A stretch of DNA of 64,000 nt from the human T2T-CHM13v2.0 reference genome, Homo sapiens, in assembly GCF_009914755.1 (NCBI RefSeq), contig NC_060929.1, one strand, 5' to 3'. The translations under genes were made by a program, and so were the position numbers. A model generated the notes under the pieces. The model was not told where the DNA came from. It made no database searches and was given only the letters and a program-made list of their open reading frames with translations. Positions within the stretch are counted from its first letter, which is position 1. Each line of letters starts with the position of its first letter. This document shows positions 15,379 to 29,580 of this stretch, in pieces.

Positions 15379-15569
15379 GTAAGGGCTTTGATTTCTGTAT
15401 ATTAACCATGAACAAATAGTCTCAGAGCAGAGACACTACTGGGGCATTTCCACTATATCATCCTTTTGTTTTCAGAGTTTACCATCACCATTATAGGACC
15501 TCGGCAACTTTTGACTTTATTTCAGTTCAATATAAAGTAAAATAAATAAACACACCAAGCACTGAAGAA

Positions 15570-15700
15570 ACAAGCATTTATTGAGCACTTGATGTGTCCG
15601 GCATTGTGCTAGTCAGTAAAAAATGCACAAGAAATATATGACACTATCCCAGTTCTAAGTAACTTTCTAATATTGTGGAAAAGATGAGACTCACATTAAA
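15570..15700 (-). mobile_element. L2 3' end fragment
   Basis: aagcatttattgagcacttgatgtgtccggcattgtgctag. Confidence 0.65.
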
Positions 15701-18700
15701 CAACTCGAAAACAACCTTAGAAGATAATAAATCAATAATTTCTCACATTTTCCCACAAACATTTTAGAACTCAGTAATCTATTTCATAATCCGACTAACT
15801 TCCTCTTCAAAGTTATGATCTACAGGATCCTAGCAACTCATACATAGTTAATTTTATTTTTATCTTTGGATATTTTTCAGCTTTTTAAGAGACTGATAAA
15901 TAAAGTAATGACATATACATATCCTTTGCTTAGAACTTTATCCTATACTGGCAAAAAAAAAAAGGAATAAAAATTGTGTTTTTCTTTATCACACCCCTCT
16001 GTCCTCAAGTTGACTTCACATGCAGTGTATTAAGCCTCCCCACACCTAACTGCCTCCACCTCCCACTACACCCTGGCTCAGCCACATTGCTGCAAGCAAG
16101 CCAATGTATCACCCCCTACACATGACTCACCCTCTGGAGCCTCTGAACCATCACATGTGCCATTACCCCAACCCAGAATCATAGCCTCGGTTCTCTCTGC
16201 CAAACAGCATCTCCCCTGTTTCAAAACTCTGTTCAACACTCCCATCCTTCAGGAAACCAGTCAGCAAGATTTGTTGAGCACTCACAAATCTAGAGGGTGG
16301 AGGAAGGAGGGCTGGAAAACACATTTAAAAAGACATAAAAACACTTATTAAGAAAACATTCAAACACGTAAGACTCTGCAACTGTATATAACTTTAATCA
16401 AAAGGGCTGAGGGCATGATGATTTGAATGGAATGAATCCTACCTAACCTAGGACCCTGAAAGCACTTGTCTATTTCTCAATTAATTTATAGTTTTCATAT
16501 GATGTGGGTTACGATGCCAGTTTTTGTAAGATCCTAGATATCTTTTAATAGGTTTCTATTACTTATATAGATTTGTTTATACAAATAAGTTGCTTGAAGG
16601 CAGAAGCTGTCTCCTTCCATAGTTTGGTGCCAAAGGCGAAGGCTCAGTGAATGTTGATTGACCCATAGTTAAATGCACATTGTATAGAACTTTTTGTTTT
16701 ATATGACTGGACAGGTTTAGTTTAGTTTTGTTTTGGGTTTTTGGGTTTTTTTTTTTTTTTGGCGGTGGGGGGGATTCCTTGAATGTCTCAAAATCTCTTT
16801 CAAATGTTTTGGGTTCAGCCACCACACAAAAAATGTTTTGCCAAGTCCTCTTCCCTTTATTTTTGAATCCATATGCATTTTTGAAGGAAATATGACCCGT
16901 GTGTTTCTGATTCATTTACACTTAACTCATCAAGATGGTGTTTTGTAAGAGCAGTTTGATGCCCAATAAGTTTTTTTAACCTTTTTATAAGCCATTTAAG
17001 TCCTTTTTTATTGAACAGGAAAGTCACCAACAAATTCAAACCCCAGAAGTTTTATTTGAAGCTCATAACCCACAGGATTCAAATTTACTTTCAACTTGGC
17101 AAGACCATTTAACTTCCAAGGTTCTTCCTAGCCCCTTGGTTCAGTATTCTCTCATTTTGAATTCCTCATTAGCTTCAGATACCAATGATGTATTTTTAAA
17201 AGTGCCATTCCTGTTTTTCATGTTATTTGATTATACAATCAATTTTCTGTCTAACATTCTCATTAGAAAGTTTAAAACGGGGAAACTTCACTGGACATGG
17301 GGAAAAAAATCACTGGCCAATGATGTTGGCTAATTCTCCATTGGGAGAAAAAAATAAATGGTGAAGAAGTGGGGAACAAGTTAAAGGAACCATTAGCAGG
17401 TCTTCAGGGCGTTCATATCTGCTTTCAATTGCAGTCTTCTAAGGAGAAAGTCAGAGCTGTACACTATGAACCTCCAGAATTTTTTTGGTATTTGTTTTAT
17501 CTAACATCTAACAAAAATACCTTCCATGTTCAAGGCACTATGCAGAATCAGATAGCATATATAGGGCCCTTATGTAATGCCTTTTTATTGCAATTTAGAC
17601 CTTGGATTTTGTAACCTGATAAGCAACAACATCATTTCTGTTCAGTATAGCTTTCTCAAGTCTCTGGTGATTTAGATCCTCTCTCATAAAGTATATTCTT
17701 CTCAGGAAAGGAATCTTATATTCAGAATGATTTATAACAAATATTATGAGTGCATGGCATGTGCATGTGTGTTATGCATAAATTACATGGTTCCCAGACT
17801 ATTTTGTAGGTCACGGTTGCCGCTTTTCTAAGAAGTGAAAGTCAGCCATTGTGCTGTACTACACTGTCAGGGTCTGTTATCTGAGGTAAAATGATTGCTT
17901 CTAAGACATTTTTATGTGTCCACATGAGTGGCCACACATTGAGGGATCATTTTCATTTTCTGTCAAGATAGAAACCATTACCAATTTGTTATGTTTTCTT
18001 TTACTTGGCAAATTATTCTATTCGCATTTTTGGCTGAGCTGCTGTATTGGCATGGTATACAACAGACATTTGGGTACCATTCAGCAGCATTATACTTTTT
18101 ATGTAAAAAAAAAAAAAAAAAAAAGAGAGAGGGAGAGAAAGAAAAGAAATATGATTCAATTGTAAACAGTGCGTATGGTGTTTGAAAATTATTCCCAGAT
18201 TTCACTAACAAGGCATTTAAAGAAGTGTTATTAGTAGATCTAAACTGAAATGCATGATAGAAATTTTTCACTCAGAATTACTAGGATTCCTCCTTTGTTC
18301 AGATATACACTGCCAATATTTAGTGATAGTGATGGTACCAGATTCCAGTTTAGCAGGTAGAGTGGTCTCTTTGTCACTATATTCCTTAGTCCCACAGTAT
18401 ACAGACTCATATAGCTGTAGACCCTTCTTTGAGCATGGATTTTATGAAACCGATTAGACACATGGCAGGAGGAATTTGCCCAGGGATTCATATGACCATA
18501 TGGATGAAGTCCATATGCCAAATTGGGTTTGGTTAGATGAAGCTTGGTGAGCTCCCAAAAAAGTTACAAGAAAGATAGCCACCTGCTCCTTACACAACAA
18601 AATTGGCATTTCTAAGGAGAGGAGAAAGATTAAATCTATGTGAATAGGCTTCGATCTTATGCACATTAACTCTTCACTACTATGTTTCATTGAAAATTTC

Positions 18701-18948
18701 TTTCCAGATTGTTAATTCTAAGATTAACTTGAAACATTACAGCACATATACAAGATAAAATAATAAACAGTATAATGGTCTGTCTGCCTTCTTCCTCTTT
18801 CTCTTCTTCTTTCTCTCCCCTCCGTCACTTTCTTCCATAGTACATACGGTATTTAGTATTATAAAAATTTGAAAAAATACCAACAATTGCATGGTTGCCT
18901 CAAGTAAATATTTTACTGATTATTATATAACTAAAAGATGTTCATTGT

Positions 18949-19800
<852 letters not shown>

Positions 19801-20467
19801 TTGTCTTTAGGGCTATTAGAATCTCAAGAATTAATTAAGAATCCTTAAAGAGCTTTAGTGAAAGAGATTAATGTTTTAGAAGAAATGCTTTGCCTTCTTA
19901 AATTTTTTAAAAATAAAAACAGTGTGGTTTGCTTCTGTTTTTCATAAAACTATACAAGTTTCAACTTAGCTCCTCTTCTTAGGAGCCTTATCTCCAAGTA
20001 GTCTTGTTCTTGGTTCTGAAAAATTCTCCTTCTACGATAACCCTATGGGTTAAAACTTCTGGATATGGATTTTTTTCAGTTTTATTATTGCACTTTGGCT
20101 AATGTTAAAAGTCAATTTTAGCCATCAGTCAGACAGTTTGTATCTGCTAGAGATTGAAGTTCTGAGAACCAAGGTTTGGCTTAAAGAAGTTTTAAAGCTT
20201 TCCTTTGGAGTTAGCATAGTGCAGAAGCAACAACTACCAGCTGTCTGTATCCAAAACAGTGAAATCTTAATAATACAGATGTAAAAAAGAGATTATTGAC
20301 TTTTAGACCCAGTCAGACCTCATTATAAGATACCATGAAAGAACATAGCTTCATCTCATTGCTTATACTAGCAAAGCTTTCAATACCTTTTATATGTAAT
20401 ACATACTGTAATTTGTGTATATAGTTTAATCATGTATTGAATGAAGGGTGAAATGACAACAAATGAA

Positions 20468-20730
20468 TTTTTGTTTTTTTGAGACAGAGTCTCACTCTGT
20501 TGCCCGGGCTGGAGTGCACTGGTGCAGTCAAAGCTCACTCCAGCCTCAAAGTTCCAGGCTCAAGTGATCCTCCACCTCAGCCTCCCAAGTAGCTAAGACC
20601 ACAGGCATACACCACCATACTCGGCTAATTTTTTTTTTTTTTAAGATAGCATCTCACTATGTTGCCCAGGCTGATCTCGAACTCCTGGCCTCAAATGATC
20701 TTCCCGCTTCGGCCTCCCAAAGTGTTGGGA
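20468..20730 (-). mobile_element. AluJ (lacking the extreme 5' end)
   Basis: Reverse-complement dimer ending at cccaaagtgttggga. Confidence 0.9.
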
Positions 20731-20889
20731 GAGTGTTTCAATTATTTTCCCCTTCATTCCAACAGGACATTGTCAAGCACAGTTTAGTATAGATGAACAC
20801 AAATACAGCTCTAAGGGTGGAGACTGTGAAAATAATGAAGGCCCAAGTTAGCTAAATGAACTTAGCCAACTTCACCCTTTAGTATTAGG

Positions 20890-21634
20890 CAGTGGAACTC
20901 AAATTATTGTCTCTGGGCCCTTTACACCAGGGGTCCCCAACCCCCAGACTGCAGACTGGTACTGGTCCATGGCCTGTTAGGAACTGAGCCGCCCAGCAGG
21001 CAGTAAGCAGCAGGCAAGCGAGCTTTACTGCCTGAGCTCCACCTCCTGTCACATCAACGGCGGCATTAGATTCTCATAGGAGCGCAAACCCTGTTGTGAA
21101 CTACACCTGCGAGGGATCTAGGTTGCATGCTCATTATGAGACTCTAATGACTGATGGTCTGAAACAGAACAGTTTCATCCTGAAATCAACAGCCCCTCAC
21201 TCCCATTCATGGAAAGACTGTCTTCCACAAAACTGGTTCCTGGTGCCAAAAAAGGTTGGGGGCCACTGCTTTACACTGCTAAAAATTCCTGAGAACTCCA
21301 AAGAGCTTTTGTTTATATGGAATATATCTATTAATAATATGTTATAAACAACATACTTTAATTTAAAAAAATTATGCCTGCAAAACAAAAAATTTAGTGA
21401 TATGAGTGGCATTGTTTTACATTTTTTTGTAAATCTCTGAAATCTGGCATGATAGGAGCATATCTGCTTTACTCTGTTTTATCTCACACTTCATGTATTC
21501 TCTGAAAAATTCCACTGTACACTCATGAGGGGATAAGAATGAAATAGACAAACAAGTGTCTTAGTATTCATACAAAAAGAAATTTGACCTTGCAGACACA
21601 CAGGGGTCCCCGAGTCACACTTTGAGAACCGCTG
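20890..21634. mobile_element. hAT-Charlie non-autonomous DNA element (host of the MER1B)
   Basis: TIR-like ends CAGTGGAACTCAAA ... TTTGAGAACCGCTG; internal aaagagcttttgtttatatgg motif. Confidence 0.7.
20928..21268 (+). mobile_element. MER1B with 8-bp TSD CTTTACAC
   Basis: caggggtccccaacccc...aaaaaggttgggggccactg, 341 nt. TSD at 20920-20927 and 21269-21276. Confidence 0.9.
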
Positions 21635-21967
21635 GGACAAGTCATCTCTGGTCATTGAGTGTGTAATGATGGTCCTTTTTTAATCACAGATTATGACCCA
21701 ATCTATAGGTCCTGGGAAGCTTTTTTCCAGGTCCCAGTTTGTGATCCTTGTTCTCAAGTAGAAGCAACATGGTACTTTCTGAAATAAATGTACCCGTTGT
21801 CACTGGCCTAGGCCTGGTACAACAGAGTACTAATTGTTTCCTCATCAACCCTTTTCTGGTCCTTAACTGTTTTGAAGTGGTCTGTGACATGGCATTTGGT
21901 TTTATGTTCTTGTTTACTTTTCTAAATTTTTTCTCACACAAAGTAGTATTTAAATATATTCTTTTAC

Positions 21968-22271
21968 TTTTGTTGTTGTTGTTGTTGTTACAGAGTTTTG
22001 CTCTTGTTGCCCAGGCTGGAGTCCACTGACAAGATCTTGGCTCACTGCAACCTGTGCCTCCCCAGGTTCAAGTGATTCTTGTGCCTCAGCCTCCCGAGTA
22101 GCTGGGACCACAGGTGCGCACCACCACGCCCGGCTAATTTTTTGTATTTTTAGTAGAGATGGGGTTTCACCATGTTGGTCAGACTGGTCTCGAACTCCTG
22201 ACCTGAGGTGATCTGCCCGCCTCAGCCTCCCAAAGTGCTGGGATTACAGGCATGAGCTACCACACCTGGCC
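21968..22271 (-). mobile_element. AluS with (TTG)n tail
   Basis: Reverse-complement dimer. Confidence 0.93.
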
Positions 22272-22339
22272 TTTAGTTGTTTTCATTCTTATATTTGTGC
22301 CTAGCCTCTTCAATTCACAAAATAATGTCCTACTGATTC

Positions 22340-22445
22340 TAAGTGCTTCACATGCACTTGACTCTATGGGGTAGGTATTATTTATTATCTTTATTTACAC
22401 ATGAAAGAACTGAGGCACAGTGAAGTTAAATAATTTATCTGCTTT
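22340..22445 (-). mobile_element. MIR fragment
   Basis: gaactgaggcacagtgaagttaaataattt. Confidence 0.65.
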
Positions 22446-22729
22446 TTGGTCCTCATAGTACCGTATCCAGTGCCTGGTTCATAATGGGCTTTCAAAAAAT
22501 ATTTGTTGATGTTATGTGCATCAAGATCTGTCCCATGGAAAACAATGGTTGGCTATGTACCATACTGTTACCACTGGTTAGCTGGAGATGCAGGTGGGAG
22601 GATAACAGGTACAAATGGGCATGGAAAGAAGGTATAATTAACTTCTTTAAATGTCTTTCAATCATTTCACTTGTTACAATGAGCAATCCAGTAGTAATTT
22701 TTAATCTGTCCCGTACTTGCTTGCCTTCT

Positions 22730-24030
22730 GTATTTTCTTTTGGATGAAATGTCTGTTCAAGTCTTTTGCCTATTTGGGAATTGGATTTGTTTTCTTACTG
22801 TTGAGTTTCAAGAGTTCTCTGTATAATCTACATCCAAGTCTTTTTTGGGATATGTTATTTGCAAGTTTTTTATCAGATATGTGATTTTTCTCCAATAATA
22901 TTTTTCACGGAGTAAAAATATTTAATATTGATTAAGTCCAGTTGATTGATTTATTTCCTTTTACAGGTTATGCTTTTAGTGTTATGTCTAAGAATTCTTT
23001 GCCCAACCTAAAGTCACACAGATTTTTTCCTAAGTTTTCTTTTAAACATTTTATAGTTTTACATTTTACAATTAGATCTATTATCCATTTTGAATAAATT
23101 TTTGTATAAGGTATGAAGTTTAGGTTAAGGTTCATTTTCTTCATATGGATGTCCAATTATTCCAGTACCATTTGTTAAAAAGACTTTGAACTGACTTTGC
23201 AATTTTGTCAAACACAGTTGGCTATATTAATATGGGTCTTTTCTTGGACTCTCTATTCTGTTGCATCAATCTGTGTCTTTATCCTTTCACCATTACCACA
23301 TTTTCTTGATTACAACAGATTTATGGTAAATTTTGAAATGATTCTTCCAACTCTCTTCTTGTTTTTTTCAAAATTGCTTTGGCTATTCTAGTTCTTTTGC
23401 CCTTTCCATAAAAGTTTTAGAATCAGTTTGTCTATTTCTACAAAAAAATTCTGCTGAGATTTTTATTTGAATTTCATTACGTTTATTGATCAGTCTGAGG
23501 AGAATTGACATCTTTACTATGTTGAGTTTTCCAATCCATAAACATGATTATGTCTCTCCATTTATTTAGGTCTCCTTTGATTTGTTTCATCAGCATTTTA
23601 TAGTTGTTAGCAGTACCCTACACATGTGTTTTTGGATTTAAAACCATTTCCTTGTTTGTGGAGCTGTTATAAATAGTATTTTTTTATTTTGGTTTGCAAT
23701 TGTTTGTCATTGTTATACAGAAATATGATTGGTTTTTGTTTGTTGGCCTGGTACCTGCAACATTGTGAAACTCACTTACTAGTTCTAGGTTTTTGGATTT
23801 TTTTGTTGCTTTTTGTTTTATATACAGGCAGTTTTATTTCTTTCTTTCTACTCTGTATGACATGTATTTATTCATTTATTTATTTTTGCTCTACTGCTCT
23901 GGCTAAGACTTCCAGTATGAAGACAAATAGGAGTGGCGTGAGTAGACATTCTTCCTTTGTTCCCAGTCTTTGGGGAAAAGCCTTCAGTCTTTCACCATTA
24001 AGTATGGGCTTTTCATAGATGTCTTTTACC
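22730..24030 (-). mobile_element. Old L1 (L1M) ORF2 fragment
   Basis: Minus-strand ORFs are L1 ORF2-like (KPILNGERLKAFPQRLGTKEECLLTPLLF; YTKIYSKWIIDL). Confidence 0.88.
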
Positions 24031-24033
24031 AGT

Positions 24034-24315
24034 GTATGGTTTGGCTCTGTGTTCCCACCCAAATCTCACCTTGAATTGTAATCCCCATAATCAAGGGCAG
24101 GACCAGGTGGAGGTGATTGGATCATTGGGATGGTTTCCCCCATGCTGTTCTCATGATAATGAGTGAGTCTCAGGAGATCTGATGGTTTTATAAGTGGCTG
24201 ACATTTCTTCTGCTTGCATTTCTCTCTCCTGCCACCACAATAAAGAAGGACGTGTTTGCCTCCCCTTCCAACATGATTGTAAGTTTCCTGAGGCCTCCCC
24301 AGCCATGTGGAACAT
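24034..24315 (+). mobile_element. THE1/MSTA MaLR LTR, 3'-truncated
   Basis: tatggtttggctctgtgttcccacccaaatctcaccttgaattgtaatcccc...gaggcctccccagccatgtggaac. Confidence 0.85.
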
Positions 24316-25150
24316 GAAAACATAAGTTTTCAACTCATTTGAGTAGATATCAAAAAGCAAACACTGGATTGTAAGGATACATTTAGTTTTGTAAGAAACT
24401 GCCAAACTGTCTTCCAAAGTGTCTCTACCATTTTACATTCCCACCAGCAACAAATAAGAACTTCTATTATTTCACATCCTTACCAGTGTGTTGAACCAGC
24501 TTTGTGTACCTGGGATAAATCCCACTTGGTCATGGTATATAATTCTTTTTATACATTGTTGAATTTGATTTTCTGATATTTTGTTGAGGATATTTGAATC
24601 TATGCTCTTGAAAGATATTGGTTTGTGGTTTTCTCTTCTTCTAATCCCTTTGTTTGGTTTTTGTATTAGGATAATGCTGACTTCATAGAGCAAGTTAGAA
24701 AGTGTTCCCTTTGCTTCTGTCTTCTAGAAGAGATTGCAAAGAACTGGGATAATTTCTTTCTTAAATGTTCAGTAAAATTCATCAGTGAACCCATCTAGAC
24801 CTGATGCTTTTTGTTTTATCAGAGCCCCCCCCGGACTGGGCCCCCAGGAGTTTCTTACTGTCATGCTAATCCACACTCAGCTTCCTGCAGTTCATTAAAA
24901 TTACCACTTAAGCATTCCTACCAGTTTATGGCTCCAGTAGCATTTGTTCCAGGTAAGCTGATCTGGAAAATGATTCTCTGTAGTTGCCTGTATTTCCAGA
25001 TTTGGGGATGGCACTTTACCCTATGACCTCAACTCTGTAATACATCTAAAAAAAATCATTTTTTTCCAGTTTGTTTAGCTTTTTTCTTGTTGCAAGGATG
25101 AATTGATGACTTTCAAGCTCTTTACATGTTAGAAGTGAAACCAGAAGTGC
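24316..25150 (-). mobile_element. Patchwork of L1 fragments (3' region, RT region, 5' end-like)
   Basis: ORF 24472-24693 (-) is RT-like (ENHKPISFKSIDSNILNKI...[11 protein letters not shown]). Confidence 0.75.
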
Positions 25151-25179
25151 CCTCCCTTTTTTATTCTTCAGTTTCCTCT

Positions 25180-25280
25180 GTTTTGTTTTGTTTTGTTTTG
25201 TTTATTTTTATTTTTTATTTTTTTATTATTATACTTTAAGTTTTAGGGTACAGGTGCACAATGTGCAGGTTAGTTACATA
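25180..25280 (-). mobile_element. Extremely 5'-truncated young L1PA (L1PA2/3-like) with TSD TCAGTTTCCTCT
   Basis: attatactttaagttttagggtaca.gtgcacaatgtgcaggttagttacata. TSD at 25168-25179 and 25281-25292. Confidence 0.88.
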
Positions 25281-25299
25281 TCAGTTTCCTCTTTTTTGC

Positions 25300-27350
25300 A
25301 TTATTTTGGATTATTTGAGCATTTTTTAGCATTTCCATTTAATTTATCTATTGTGTTTTTGACAGTATCTGAATAGTGTTTTGTTTCACTGATTGATATA
25401 GGAATTACAATATACTTTTTAAACTTTTCATAGTTTATTTAGAGTTAATATTTTATCATTTCAAGACGAATATAGAATTCTTACATGTATGTAGGTCCTT
25501 TTACCTCTTCCCTTTGTATTCTAGCCAATTTGTGTATTACATCTACATATATTGAGAATCCCCTCAGAAAAATGTTAATAATTTTTGCTCTCAGCTGTCA
25601 AACACATTTTAAGGAACTCAACAGGAGAAGACTCTGTTATATTTACCCAGATATTTACCATTCATGTTACTCTTTCTTTATTCATGATATTTCAGGTTTC
25701 CTTCTGGTATTATTTCTCTTCTAGCTAAAGAACTTCCTTGAATGATGATTTTAGAGCAGATCTACTGGCCACAGATTATTTTAGTTTTCCTTCACTTTAG
25801 AATGTCATTATTTAACCTGCATTTCTGAGGGATATTTTCACTGAATACAGAATTATGGGTCAACAGTTCATTTCTTGCATCACTTTAAAGATGTTTGTTC
25901 CACCAAATTCTGTTCTGCATGGTTTCTTTTGGAAAATCTTTACTTATTCAAATTGTTGTTTCCTTATAAATAATGCATTATTTTTCTCTACGATTTTTTC
26001 ATCTTTTGTTCTTGCAAGTTTGATTTGCATGAGTAGGTATAGATTCCTTTGGGTTTACTATGTGTGATGTTGGCTATGCTTCTTGAATCTGTAGGTTTGT
26101 GTCTTTCACCAAATTTGGGAGGTTTTTAGACATTATTTCTTAAATTATTTTATCCTCAACACATTCCTTCTTCTCTATTCTAGGACTCTAGTGACATGAA
26201 TTTTAGACCTTTGGTGTTCTCTGTCACCTCCATTCTGCTACTGAGCCCTTGCAGTGGGTTTTAAATTTTGATTATTGTATTTTTCAGTTCTAAAACTTTT
26301 ATTTGTATTTATTTTTATGTTGAAGCTTTCTGTCTTCTCATTTATTTCAACAGTGTTTGCCCTTCTTTCAGCTTTTTTACAATAACTGTTTAAAAGTCTG
26401 TGTCAAATAATTCCAGTGCCTGTTATCTCAGTATTAGCATCTGTTGATTGTCTTTTCCCGTGCAAGTTAAGATTTGTATGATTCTCTTATGCCAAGTAAT
26501 TTTTTTTTATTGTATCCTAAACATTTTGAATATTATGAGTCTCTGGGTCTTATTTAAATCCTATGAAAAATGTTATGTTATAGCAGACAACCCATTTGGG
26601 TTCAGGCCACAAGTTCTGATCACCCTTCTGTGGGATTTGGTTTCAATCTTAGTCTTGTTCTCAATGCATTTGCATTGCTATTTGTATCTGTCCCATGTAT
26701 ACGCCACCCGCTGTCCAGCGTGGGACCTGGCTGTTAGACTATTTTTTTTTTTTTTTTTTGAGACGGGGTTTTACTCTTGTTGCCCAGGCTGTAGTGCAAT
26801 GGTGCAATCTTGGCTCACTGCAACCCCCACCTCCCGGGTTCAAGAGACTCTCTTGCCTCAGGCTCCTGAGTAGCTGGAATTATAGGCATGCGCCACCGCA
26901 TGTGGCTAATTTTGTATTTTTTAGTAGAGACGGGGTTTCTCCATGTTGGTCAGGCTGGTCTCGAACTCCGTACCTCAGATGATCCACCCACCTCATCCTT
27001 CCAAAGTGCTGAGATTACAGGCATGAACCACCACGCCAAGCCTAGACTATCTTTTAGTTAAGTTCTCAGAGTCTTTGATATGCAGTTTAGCATTGGATTG
27101 ACACATGCACTGACTTTATGGATTCCCTTTTCCCTTTACAGTCTCCTCAATACCTTCTATTGTCGTGGGCCTCCCCTTTTCTTCCTCCAGCCAGAACGTT
27201 GGATCTTTAGTTACACTGTTCTACCATGCACTTTTTGCAACTGTGCCCTCATTCAGAGCCATGCTGGGATAGAAAAGAAAGGGGGAAAAGCAGCAGGGTT
27301 TTATCCCATTCTCTTGGGGCCACAGCTTCTCAGAGTTGTTTATCAATACT
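25300..27350 (-). mobile_element. Old L1M/HAL1 ORF1 and 5' relic interrupted by an Alu
   Basis: T-rich antisense L1-like motifs (gaggatattttcactgaatacagaatt; ccaaatttgggaggttttt). Confidence 0.6.
26742..27042 (-). mobile_element. AluSp/Sq-like
   Basis: ctcttgttgcccagg, gtgcaatgg and tttctccatgttggtcagg; flanking tagactat repeat. Confidence 0.92.
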
Positions 27351-28225
27351 ACCATTTTTCCAAACCCCTTTGGAGATTCTCACATATGTACTGTTCTGCT
27401 TTTCCTCTTTTAAGATTTCTGTATAACTAGTGAGTTGTCTCAAACTGGCTTATGCCAAATTGTCTCATGTAGTAGGCTATCTCATTTCTTTCAGGTTCTG
27501 TTAAGATCCTTTTTTAAAAAACAAACATTTAGATGGTACTGAATAATTCTCAGCATGAGCAAATTTTTTTCTTTAAAAAAAGATTTCTTAATAGTTGGCA
27601 ATGAATTGCTATTAGAGAGAATAATGTATTTCTTGGGAAAAGCACTGTGCCTTGATATGGTTCACCAGAGAGAAGTTGAAAAACAGTACCTTAGGAACAT
27701 CCTCAAATCACAAAAGGTGATCACCAAACTGCTATCTTGAGATAAGAAGAAAGGGAGGGATTGGTATTGAGAGGTGCAGTGGTTGACATGACCTATCTCC
27801 AGGATCTCTTAACAGCCTTCAGTAAAGTTGTGCTCTTGTGGGTGCTGTTTGGTTGGAGACTCAGGATGGCAGAGATTCAAATTATTTTTGCATGGTGTAG
27901 GCCAGAGGAAGCTAGAGCACAAGAGGCAAAGGAGGCCTGATGATCATGAGACATGCTGACAATTAGCAGAAATTCTTTGGAGAGATTTAGATTTCTGTGG
28001 GGTGTGGAGGGGTACAGAGATCCCCAGCTGACAGATGGTGCATAATAGGCTAGTACCTGATGCTTAAATCAAGCTAATAAAAGGTATTTGGCTCAGTTAA
28101 TCTGAGAAAAAAAAAAAGCAATACTGGTAGTTCATGGAGTCAAAAGGAGAGTGTATTTTACTCTAAAAGCTTGTTGCTAAATAATCTCTAAGGAAGTCTA
28201 TCTGTTTTCTATTCACTAGTTATAA

Positions 28226-28702
<477 letters not shown>

Positions 28703-29580
28703 GAGTTTTTATTTGTTTAGATGTCATCCTTAATTCAGAAACTTTTCTCTAATTTCCAGTATAGGAAATTGTATTATCTGTTTTCTTACAGTCCAGATAC
28801 TGAGCCTTTTGTACTCATTAAACTGCTGCTGTCATACAACCCTTACCCTACTTTATCAATTAATAACTCTAGACAACATGCTTCTTTTTCCCTAAGATGT
28901 CATTTAAACATGTAGAGCCCATGGCAAGTAATTATTAATCCTTAAGCTTTCTATGAATACTTATCTAGTGATATTAAAATCTTTCAATGGCATTAATGCT
29001 ATAGCACAGTATTTATGGGCTCAGTTTATTCATATAGGTCAGATTAACTCAGTTTGCATATTTTGAAAACTATTCCTTATTTATTTAATAAATGTTTTTA
29101 ATGGAAATAATGTGTGAGGTGTGGGATGTGGAGTAAAGTTAGACATGACACTCATTCCCATTGATTTATTACAGTATAATATCCCAAGTGAGATAAGATA
29201 TCATTGTAAGGAAGAAGGTTTCTGCTTAGAAACAGATATTGGGCGTAAATTATGAACTGCTTTCACAGTCATTGGCAAGAAACCTTGCATTCACTTAGGA
29301 TTCTCAACTCTGCTGATGTGGTTTAATCCTTCCTGTGTAACTTGGGATTGTTATCCTTTTGTTACCTAAGAGGAAACTTCAGGTTCAAATACCACAGGAG
29401 GTAGTGGGTAGTAACCTGCCAGAGATAGGAATGCAGGGCTTTTGGGGATAGTACTCTCCAATGTCCCTTCAATACATGTTAGATATTTACCTGACCAAAA
29501 AGAGGTTTCTGAATTCTGCTATTGTTTGTTTAACTCAAGTTGGAGTCTTTAGGTCAATTCACTACATTAAAACAAATGGA

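Noticed and set aside
18105-18124. Poly(A) run as a possible processed pseudogene tail
   Set aside because: There is no upstream recognisable mRNA, polyA signal or TSD; it is treated as a simple repeat.
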